NCBI RefSeq assembly: GCF_037042905.1
Contig: NC_087252.1
Location: forward strand, 8,060,001 to 8,124,000
Length of the DNA stretch: 64,000 nucleotides
From: Lytechinus pictus
Taxonomy: Eukaryota
Direction: 5' to 3'
How positions within the stretch are numbered: position 1 is the stretch's first letter; every line of letters begins with the position of its first letter. A model generated the notes under the pieces. It was not told where the DNA came from and ran no database searches. It saw only the letters and a program-made list of their open reading frames with translations. Shown here piece after piece: positions 50,201 through 61,100 of this stretch. Made by a program: the position numbers and the translations under genes.

Positions 50201-53200
50201 TAAACACTAAACTTTGTTAAAATCAGAAAAAAAATTGACAGAATTTAGATGCAAGTGAAGAGACGCTAGCAAAGTTTTGAGTCTTCACAAAGCCAATTTG
50301 CTCTCCCCGTATTACAAAATTTTAACGATGGTTTAATTTAACGATCAATAAAATGTTGTACTGCGGGTAGAGAAAATGAGCACAAAGCCATTCTCACCTG
50401 TATGAAGAGCATAACAAGAACCAAATTTCTTTCATGCATCGGGCCCATAATTTTAAGGACAAGATTTAGGATGGTGAAATTACTGCATTCTGTCTCATCT
50501 TTATCTTCCCCCACTCCTTCCTTGATGTGTATCACTCCTACAAGCCCACAGACACGCACTGCTAACCTCCCTGAAAAAACAACAACAACAAAGAAGTAAA
50601 ATGCAATTTTAAGAAAGAAAAAGCAGTAAAGGCATAAAGTTAAAGCACAAAGCAAAGCAGCCAGTAAAATGCAATTTTACAAAAGCAGTATTTTGCTGTG
50701 ATGTGATAACAGAGATTAACATTCAGACACAGGGGAATAAGAACAACATGTCTTAATACAGAATGCCATGCTTATTTTGCTCATTACTATTAAAGCAATG
50801 ATTTATTTTCTACCAGACCATTTTGCTTATATTTATTCATAAATAATAATAATAATATGTCCATTTGTATAGTGCTATGCCGCCTGTTTCTATGTGTATG
50901 TATATACACTGCTGCACTTGATATCATATTATCAAAAATCAAATCATTTATTTCACCAATATTAATAAAAAAACATTACAAATATGTACAAAAATAGGAA
51001 AAACACACAATTGAAGAGGAAAATGAACCAAGTAAGGAATTCAAACGTAATATAAAGACATGTACATTATTGTGGAAGAGCCAAAAGAAGACAAAGTTAG
51101 TCTTAAAAATCAGACACCTGCAGTTGACCTGCCAGAGGCACTAACGCATTCAAGGAATAAATCCAACCGGGTACCCAATCACTCTTCACCAGGGTCGAGT
51201 GCAGCAAGATGGGGATCAATATCTTGCTGAAGGAAGTTACGCCATGGCTTGGGGATTTGAACCCATGACCCTCTCTTTAAAAGTCCGGACACTAGTCCAC
51301 TGGGTAACAATGCGCTAAATCTAATAAGTCATTGTGTTGGAACTGTTAGAATTCTTTGAGATAGTTACCATAATTATATGAAAGCTATCAAGTCTGGTGG
51401 AATGATCACAATGGTTCAAACTCACCAATGAAACCAAGATTCTTCATCTTAAATCTTGAATAGCTCATTCCTAGGGTATCTGACTGTGGATCAAACCTGT
51501 CAATAAAAAGACAAACTGATACATTAATTATGTACATCAAATATGATATATTTTACATGTAGGCATAAAGAACAAAATTCACACAAAACTATAGGGCACA
51601 TTTTGTGGTTTGCTCAAATAATATCTGATGTTGAGCCCATATATTAACTACATAAGACGGACTTAAGTTAATTACATATACTACGCCTATCTTCATTGGT
51701 TCACTAGCGTTGTTTGATGCTCAATTTATCTGAGAGAAATGGTCATTCAAGTTATTCAATTGGGAAAATCACAACATTCCATGAAGAATGGCAAATGAGT
51801 AATACAGATAAGCATTATGCAATTTTTCTGATTAGTCTCCCTCTGTATACAGTACTAACCTTGGGAGTCTATGCCAGGGGCAGGGCACAAAATGGAAGAG
51901 CGAAAGGACAGTACAGTTCACTTTACTAATTAACCTCCCTCTGTATCATGTACTTACTTTGGGAGTCTATGCTGGGGACAGGGCACAAAATGGAAGAGCA
52001 AAAGAACTAAAAACTTATATTTACTAATCAACCCCCCTCTGTATCATGTACTTACTTTGGTAGTCTATGCCGGGGGCAGGGCACAAAATGGAAGAGCTGA
52101 GGAACTGAGAAGATGAAGTTGATGACTTGCGGTATGAAGAAGAGAAGCATTGTCTTACTAAAATGGCCTAAGATGGCGACCACGGCAAAGGTCATTCCAG
52201 CAAAATAACAGAAGGTGTCTCCCACAAAGGCTCTAGAAGGATACCTAGGGAATGAAATTTGTGGCAGATACAAACTGATGAAGAATCGGATAGAATTTCA
52301 CAATTTTTTAATTCATTTATTTTAAGGGGTCCACACCTTATGTATCAATGCCTTATTTTATTGAATACATTGTAAATAAATATATTTTCATTGTTTTCAC
52401 ACATAAAGTTGGAATCAACAAAACGAATTGAAATGAAGCAAATAATAAGAATGCATCCTTCATTTTAATTTGAATGCAAGTCAAATACATGAACATCAAT
52501 TCTCATGAGGTATATAGCATGACTGGGATCTCTTCCTTCATGGACAAACAAGAAATAAAGCTACTTGTTCAATTTTGTGCTTAACTTTTCTTACGGGTCA
52601 TGAATGTTTGAAGATCATTTCTTCTCAACATCTAAAATTCAGGCAAAACCTAAAATCAAAGATTGAAATATGATCTATTCTGGGAAGAACATTTGAAAGA
52701 AAATTTCTTTCAAAATGACTTTCAGTTACAAGAGTGCTTATCAGTCACTTTGACTTTGGAGGGTTTGCTGATAAAAATTGAGATAATAATGATGTTATCT
52801 AATGATGGTCAACTCACCAATTATGATATAGAAGAGCCAGGCATACAGCACAAAATGGCATCATGAAATACAAAGAGAATTGATGTGCTTCTGTCCAGTT
52901 GCCTGCAAGGAGAGCATGGTAAGCAAAATCTTCAATATCAATTCAATTCAATAACTTTATTGGTCATTTCCTTGTTTAAAAAACACAAAACTTTCCTCAG
53001 ATTCTACATTATATAGAGATTACAACATTTTAATTTAATTCTAATTAAAAACTCCATATAGCAAAGATTGTACCGTCTTCCGTATTTATTGAATTAAGAA
53101 ACAACAATAAATATAGGATATTGATTGCATGACTAGGGGAAAACATACAAAGGCTTCATTTGACAATAGTATGTGAGAAAAATCCTATTAAGTTCCAAAA

Positions 53201-56200
53201 TAGCTCCAGAAAAGTAGAAATGGGTGCAATGACAAATACAATTCTGACAACTAAAAAGTAGAAAAAATTTACCATCTATTCGAAATCTGAATGGTATACT
53301 ATTCACAATTTTAAAAGGACATTTCAAATACTGTTTATATTTATGAAAAACAGGAATTTAGGCAACTGTGTAAAACCATGCGAATCACAGTTTTTGTGAC
53401 ATAGGTTTTGGCAGCATAAACTACAGTTTATGTCAGTTTGTAATATTTCTCAATGCATACGCGCAGCATTCAGATCGGGTGTTTTACCTGTGCATGCCAT
53501 TCAAGAGACTGCTATACAATGGTACAGAAACAATGATTTAGGACGCTCGTAAAATCAAAGGACAGGATGTGCCAGTTTTTGCAAAGTTTTAAAGCAGATA
53601 CGAACCAATAGCGCCATCTCGAGTCCTTGACTACTCATACCTGGGGCCCGTTGCATAAAACTTTTTACCTGGGAAAACTCAGGTTGTTTTTACCGCAGTT
53701 TTTGCCCTGTGTTAAAGTCAATGGCAGAAATCAGACTAACCTTAGTTTTCAGTTTTTACCAGTTTTCTCAGGTAAAAATTTTTATGCAACAGGCCCCTGG
53801 CCAGTTTCCTGACCCATAACGCTAGTGTAGTCTAGGAATATAGACCCACTTGAATGATAACATGCTAATTAACTACTCCATACATATATACCGCAATAAT
53901 TATGTTACCAAGTAGCAAAACAATTACTTTTCCTCTCAAAACATTTTAGTTTCTCTATGCAAATACAATTATACATCAATTTATTATCTGTAGTATTAGT
54001 AGATATCTGAAAACGTATATTTTAAGACCGTTTTTATAACACACAATCAATGAGAGACCACACACAGTTCACTCCCCCTTTAATCTTCTCTTATTCTTTA
54101 AATAAAACAAATTTAAATCTGAAATTTGATGACTTTAAAGAGTAAATGTAAGGCTTTCCAAAAATACAAGAAACCCTCTTAATTTTCAAAAATTTGCCTA
54201 AAAATTAGGTGAACGCCGATTTGTAGAATCACTGATCACAAATCACAAATGGAATCATTAAAACTACTGCATACCTGAAAGTTGGACAATATTAAAGATG
54301 ATAACACTAATGCAGATGACAGCAGACTGACCACACTCTATACCATTCACTCCAGCCAAGATGTTAATAGCGTTGGTACAGAAGACGGCTAACATACCCA
54401 TGTATATGTAGTACAACACACCTGCATCATGGAGATAGAATGTCGAGTTACCAACAAGAACGTTTCAGTATTTCAAAAGCTAAAATTAGTATTTTGGTGA
54501 GGAAATCAGTATTTTCAAAGAAATACCATACAACACCACATAACAGTGAAACTTTAGAAGTCAGTATTTTGCATGAAACCATCAGTATTTTTCTCATTTT
54601 TCAGTACTAAACACGGAAAATCTGTACTACTTGGCAGCACTAGTAGTGGAAGTGTGGGATTCCAGCATGGAAGACGCTGCTCTGCTTTTTGACAAGGTAC
54701 CTAAGCAAATCAAACTATACCCTTTTCTAGCAAAAATTGCTGGGTAGAAGTGACTAACAAATTTTCTTGGGGTAGAAGCCATCTTGGGTATTGTTTTCAT
54801 CAGTGACCCTTTTCATTCTGGCATTCTTGCACACAATATACAGTATTTACTTTCTCCACTTCTCGGGGAACATTCCAAAAAGAGTTACAAGACTCCAAAC
54901 TAAAGCCGGGGTAATAGTGTCCAAGTCCTTTGAAAGCGAAGAGAGATGTTATGATCATAATATGATATGCGCTATACAAGAACTGTATATTATCATTATT
55001 ATCTTACCCAAGTTGAGGTCATTTCCAATGTAAGCATTCAGTGGTTTGGGGACCATGATGGTTGTAGAGCCATAATTGACGACATAGACCATCAGCAAGG
55101 GTAGCGTCGCCATCGTAGGCAGCTGGAGCTTATGCCGCCATCTCAGGTCCAAGACATCGTCCGCAAAGCCCAGGAATATCATACAGCATATGGACAGCAA
55201 GGCCGCTATGAATTCAACAAACTGCATTGGAAAGAGAAACATAATGTCATCAAGAGAGGGTTTCTCAACTGCACTCATTTAAATGCAAAGAAAAACTAAC
55301 GGGATGCTAAAGAGGAGATGGAATTTGGAGCTAAATACAGAGGCTCAAGCCTGCATTCAGAATAATAGTATAGTACATAACATTTCTAATGCGCTTACTA
55401 CAGGTATTTCTAAGTGCACTGTGCTCTGTTTATGGTTTATACTTTGGGGGGGGGGGGGGGAAGGAGACACACTTAGTCATAATCAAAACTGGTGTGCATC
55501 TCCAATTGACCGACCCACAACTGTGAAATTAAACAGGTAGGTTTTGAAGCATCCATAGTTACCCATAGGTAGGTAATAAAAAGAGTCTGACAATTATCTA
55601 GAAAGAACCCTTTCCTATAAGACAAAAAGGTGCTTTCTCTGGAAAAAAACATGTTGATATTAAAGTGTGAATTCGGGCTTTAGTCTGAAAAGTGGCATCC
55701 TTGAACTCCGATTACTTTTGCATCCAATCTGGAATACTAAATGTCTGGATGACTAGGCATTTCAATGAAGACATCGTCGATACACTTATGTTAAATGTTT
55801 AGCAGAATACCATCAACCTGTTTCAGGGTTATGAGTAACTGCAAATGAAAATAGCTGAAATAACAATAGCTCCTTTACTTTAGTATAGATAAAGTAACAC
55901 AAAAAGCTGAAAATAAGCTCTGTTAACCCTTATTAAACTGGGGGGAGGGGTCAATTTGACCCCCCCCCTCGACAAATTTTGCCACTATGCTGCTGAGCAA
56001 ATTTTGTTGACCGCGCCGCTGACTTTTTACTTTCAAGTCTTGTGCATCTTTAGAGACCAAATTTGCGACGCCCGGGTACAATATTTCGTAAGCGCATGTC
56101 GGTCCCAAAATTGTTCAAAAATGTGATTACACGTACGGAGTCAATGCAAATTGTGTTTTTCAACCAAAAATCATTGATGTATGATTATTTTTACTTTTGT

Positions 56201-58460
56201 TGGTCTAGATGGATTTGTTTTTATGTTATTTATGACCGCAAAAGGGTCCCCAACAAAGAAATACATAAGAACTAAATAAACAATAAGTTACATAAGAAAT
56301 TAATTTTTTTTCAGCAATTTTGTGTAGATTTCTGTTAGAAATGTAAAAATCTATGTTCACCAAAAATTTGCATTCTACTAGCTATATGAATTGAGTTAAA
56401 GGCAAAAACATACACAAACAAAAATAAATTAGGGCAAATATCATATGCTTATTTGCATAATTAAACAATAACAAAATATAAGCAATTAATTTTTTGAAAA
56501 TTTTACTATGCAGTCCTGTAGTTTACCTCCGGCTCTACGCGCGTGCAAATTTTTGCAGCTATCGCACAATCAACGGCTGAGATCTGGGGGGGGGGGGGTG
56601 TCAAATTGACCCCCCCCCCACCACCAGTATATATTGGTCTGAAAAAGCCCAGTTAAGATAGGGTTAACAGATTCATCTGATTGGTAGAACTCAAATAAAA
56701 CAAATATTCATATTTTCACAATCAATCCTTGTGAGCTTTTGCCTACTCGTTTCTGCAGGCTTCTTCAGACTCGCGCTGCCAATACTACCCCACTACGGCG
56801 AGTCAGCGCTAGACTGAAGAAGCCTGCAGAAACTAGTAGACGTAAGCTGACTAGGTAAAACCAAATTGATTGTGAAAAGATTTAAAAAAAAGTTTTATCT
56901 AAAAATAAGCTGAAAAGCTGAAATCAGCAAAGAAGCTGAACTGTCACACCCCTGAATATTATCCACAACACCTCAGTCTTACCCTGTCATGAGGGAAATC
57001 TTCTCTGGTATCTGCCTTCCACATCCTCCAAAACGGAACAGGAATGAAGAGAAACATGACAATGAGAAAAACAGCTCCAGTGATGACCCCAAGGCCCTCT
57101 GGACTATAGCAATGACATAAGAAAAAAGAAGGGAGAGGGAGAGAGAAAGATATTAAGTTATTCATGAAAAAAAAGTTTTGACCCTCCCTCACACCAACAC
57201 CAATTTGTGTCAATCTGAGTTGATAATCAAAAGATTTGAAACAGATTACACGTAGGTGGTGAAAAATCAACCATGACAACAACTTCTTTTCTAGAAGGTA
57301 ATAAATAAATTATCATCTGTTAAAAATTTCATTTTTTTTAATTGTTTAAAGTGAACTGTCTGCTCACATAACAGGGAAGAAACTCATAAAAGATGATCTC
57401 CTGAATGTATTTATCAATATAGCCTACAGTGTAACCGTAATTCAATGTAAAGGAATACTAAGTTTTGCTAAATCCCTTCATAATGACATCATTTTATACA
57501 CACAGGTCTTTATCACTAAACAATCTCAATCTATGAAACTTTCCCCCCTATTCTCTTTGAATACAAAATCCATTCTCACTTGGACGGTATTATTACAATG
57601 AGTTTCTTCATCAAGTGATATGGCTTTAAAGCTATGAAGTAATAAAGTAAAATTTGGGAGTTTTTAGATTATAGGTACCGTAATTTAGTGGTAGTGTAGC
57701 ATCATTACTGGAACGAGCAGAAGTTATATAAAATGTCTAAAATTAGAACCTTTTATTAAAAAAAAAAACGAGCGTACTTCCATTGATTAAATGATTTTTT
57801 TGTGATATTGATTTCAAAAGCAACCCAATTTTCTTGCATCACCCATATTTGCTTGATTTGTAATTGGAAATATTTAAGTTTCTTTTAATGTCCTGATATT
57901 TTTTATTTGATCAATGATAAAGATGCAAATGTTGGTTCTATACGTAGGAGAGTCAAAACCTATGCATGCTATTAAAAACCAATTCACTATTCATCAAAGA
58001 GTAGGAAGTTCACTCTGTGTATTGCACCTGCCAGTCCCCTGCAAACCTCAATAGTACGATAATACACCTGGGGGCCGTTTCATAAAGTTGTTCGTAAGTT
58101 AAGAGCGACTTTAAGAACGACTGGTAAACCTTTCTTACGCGCTAATAAACCATCGCCAATGAGAGTTTTGGTGTATACACTTTATCACAAGAAAGGATCA
58201 CCAGTCATTCTTAACTTACGAACAGCTTTATGAAACACCCACCAGAAGATATTCTGAACTCAGAAAGGATAGCCATTCTCTTACACTTTCTTTGGTTGTT
58301 GTCCTTTTGGCACCTTCTTGCTCATATCCTTGCCGTACATGTCTGCTGCGATGAAGAGATCATAGAACCGTGGAATGAGCCGTACGGTGAGGATGAAGGC
58401 ACATACTGACATAGCAGCATTGATGTAGAGCGGCCAATGGTTCGCTTGCTGCACTTCCAT
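47247..58460 (-). CDS. DPAGT1: UDP-GlcNAc:dolichyl-phosphate GlcNAc-1-phosphotransferase (GPT/ALG7), 416 aa, 9 coding exons
   Basis: Exons (5'->3') 58460-58285, 57103-56983, 55221-55008, 54421-54275, 52902-52818, 52244-52056, 51496-51426, 50570-50398, 47321-47247. GT-AG with consistent phases; total 1251 nt. Hallmarks: [89 protein letters not shown]. Confidence 0.97.
47351..47745. mobile_element. Kolobok-like element next to the last DPAGT1 acceptor
   Basis: TTAA|AGGTAAATTCCAGT...ACTGTAATTTAGCT|TTAA. Confidence 0.7.
47883..48065. mobile_element. MITE family A, copy 3
   Basis: Similarity to 3119-3301; CWG flanks. Confidence 0.75.
48484..49053. mobile_element. Kolobok-like element
   Basis: TTAA|AGGAGAATGAAAC...GTTTCATTCTCCT|TTAA with long internal inverted arms. 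Confidence 0.8.
49234..49759 (+). mobile_element. CCCGGG-terminated element, 8-bp TSD (same family as 60543-61100)
   Basis: TIR cccggggggg.ccactt..att.ac.agtggataccatgcgcgacca; TSD ttaggtgt/taaggtgt. Confidence 0.8.
49871..50104. mobile_element. Harbinger-like MITE (AAT TSD)
   Basis: TIR gggtgatttcaagt / acttgaaatcaccc, AAT duplicated. Confidence 0.75.
51830..52110 (-). repeat. Three tandem ~100-bp copies of the 3' end and donor of DPAGT1 coding exon 6
   Basis: ctcttccattttgtgccctg.ccc.g.catagact.cca..gt.agtac repeats at ~51830-51925 and ~51930-52010, in addition to the true exon end at ~52030-52110. Confidence 0.85.
53644..53796. mobile_element. Harbinger-like MITE (CTG TSD)
   Basis: TIR gggcc.gttgcataaaa.tttttacctg. 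Confidence 0.75.
55927..56663. mobile_element. piggyBac-like MITE
   Basis: TTAA|CCCT...AGGG|TTAA, with imperfect TIRs and subterminal gggtcaatttgacccc palindromes. Confidence 0.75.
58071..58242. mobile_element. MITE family A, copy 4
   Basis: Similarity to 3119-3301. Confidence 0.8.
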
Positions 58461-59919
58461 CTGTGAACAGTATGAAAAGAATTTGAATTTTTTTGAAGAT
58501 TTCTTTTATTAAATTTGATTTTGTTGTTTTTATAGTGCACTTGTTACAAGAGTACATTCAGAGTTGGCACTCCCATCATGTTGTAACTTTTATAACTTTA
58601 ATGTTAATAGCCTTTGGGAAAGAAATTTTAATTATTGAATTGAATATAAACGTATATTGAACTGAATGGACCTCGTATGTCTGTATGTTGACTGATGGGG
58701 TCCGCAATTAAAATCAGTACAGTACATATGCTCTCTGACCTGATGCTTTTACGACAAGACCATAAGAGTTTGCAGGGCACTTGATGTTGATTAAAATTCA
58801 AATTCAAATAAATTTTGATGTAAAAAAAAAATATCTCGAGTCTATTTTATTAGTCTCGAGATATGCTAATAAAACATCACTTTAAGTTTTCCATCTCATT
58901 CACATCATACCCTTTAATGGGACATGCAATCATATCAGGGAAAAAATACTCTTTTTTTTACAGGAGCCATTTTTCTCACTGGTCACAAATTTATGGGAGC
59001 CATTTTTCAATTTCCAAGAGCCATTTTTTAATTTGCTAGAGCCATTTTTAAAATAAAAAAAAGGAAACATATCATTTGTAATTATTATTATTTTAGACAA
59101 GTTAAATTTGAAGTATTGTTTGTTGTATTTTAATGTGCCATCAGTACTATTTCTTTATTTCTTTTACCAACAAAAGTAATGATTGCAATAATGCCATTTG
59201 ATTTAATGTGCCATCTCTACTATTTTTTTTTACTAATAAAAGTAATGAATGATTTACTTAGATATATATTGCCATTTGTCTTTATTCAGTGCTATTGTAG
59301 AAAAATCTGATTATCAAATTTTTGATGTGGCTGTGTGAGTGATACTGAAACTTTGAAAGAAGAGATAAAGAGAGGTTACTACACAACTGTAAAATAATAC
59401 ATGAAAGGCTGGTATTCAATATGTTTTGTACAGTATCCAATAGAATAGAGTACATTCTCATGGATTTTGATTAGTAAATAAGCATAATTTGGTGTGCAGT
59501 TTCCTTAGGAACAAATGCTTAATGCTCATAATAAATGAGGAACGTGGTATGCCTCATAGCTGAATGCTTTTTCACGTGACTAGAGACTGAAATGAACTGA
59601 TCACCAAAGCTCACAACTACCCCTTTCCCTGCGATGGGGACCGGAGCGAGCAGCATACGCACGACAGGCCTGGCAGTAGACCAAAAGCTTCAGTCTCTGT
59701 ATTTTGGTTGTTCCGCTGAACTGCGTTGGCTCACTCACCAATACATAGACTGAAGACCTTGGAGGCCCGTACGTACAGACAACGTATTAGCAGTAACGTT
59801 AGATCTAATATTCGGAAACCCGATTTTCCGATCGTTTTTTGTACATAAAATGTCACATTATGAAAAAGAAATTACATCCATATTTACGAAAAAATGTATA
59901 AAATTCAGAAGTATCGTAC

Positions 59920-60025
59920 CTTAGACCGCAGTTACCGCTAATTCCTTTCAAATGATATCGAAACATCGTCATCTTTGATCCTTCCGTTGGTCAACGTAAG
60001 TTGCCATCTTGGATGACGTCATCAT
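59920..60025 (-). promoter_or_regulatory. Probable DPAGT1 first (leader) exon and core promoter with CRE palindrome, YY1-like motif and uORFs
   Basis: The coding ATG (58460) sits directly after an acceptor AG, so an upstream exon is implied. Donor AAG|GTACGA at 59920/59919 in a CpG-rich patch; GATGACGTCATC at 60012-60023; CAAGATGGC at 60011-60003. Confidence 0.6.
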
Positions 60026-60542
60026 CCTTAGACGTATTTACCAGTCGCTATATATCGCGATTTGTGCCGCTGCTTTGCGCTTGTAATCTACGTGCGTGCG
60101 TTCGGAACTTGTCGCTCGCATTGATTCGCCAGGATATCGAAAATTCTAATCGGAAAGCCTTGATAAAAGCACACCTCATTGAACATAGAGGGCAGCAACA
60201 CACGGCTGCCATTTTTTCATCTACCATACGTACCGTACTAGTGCGCTCACTGCGCTGAGCTTTGTGAATGTGAATGGTACATTACGTGCACGTTATAACC
60301 CATGCACGAAGGGAAGACAGCGGACGTATGGCCGAGCTAGTTACTGTACACAAGCTCACGGGAGCGATTTTTTTTTTCCCGATCGCTCTCTCTATTGGGT
60401 TTGCAAGTGCGATTTCAAAGCTTACGAGAGCGAAATCGCTCAGCGCTCCCGTATATATTTTTCGCTGAATCATATAGTCACGCATTCATTGAACAAGGTC
60501 ATGATGTAGGCCTCACCAGCTAACCTCACCAATGGGTGTATT

Positions 60543-61100
60543 CCGGGGGGGGGGGGGGGCACTTCCATTGACGGGTGGATACTATGCACGACCATGGGGT
60601 CTCAAAAAGCACCCTAAACACATATTTTCCATATTCTGAAAATTCACCCCTTAACAAGTATTGGCGTGTGAACCCCTACCCTTAACAAGTATTGGAAACA
60701 AAACGATACTCTTGGCAAGTATTCCCTGAATTGAACCCCAAACAAGTACAGTGATATTTTAATTGTTACTCACGTACGTCGGCTTTACCTTTAGCTACAT
60801 CATTGGGTTTAGTACGGCCCCACCTCTCACAAATCGTACTCTAAACACGTAGTGTTGAATGTTGGGGCAAAAAGTACATCCTTTATAAAACATTTTAGTC
60901 CTAATTTTCTATACCCTCGCAAATTTGACCCTAAACACGTAGCTCTTCTACCGAAAATAGATACCTTTTTTTTCATTATTTTAGTGTTTTTGATACCCTT
61001 ATTACGTTATGCCCTATCTTGAAAAAGACACCCTCTTTATGTGTTTTTTGGGTCAAACATGGTATCCACTCGTCAATGTAAGTGCCCCCCCTCCCCCCGG
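60543..61100 (+). mobile_element. CCCGGG-terminated element, 8-bp TSD
   Basis: Near full-length similarity to 49234-49759; TSD ggtgtatt. Confidence 0.8.

Noticed and set aside
60185-60198. CTCF-like motif (ATAGAGGGCAGCA)
   Set aside because: Partial match only; cannot be supported without a matrix scan or ChIP data.
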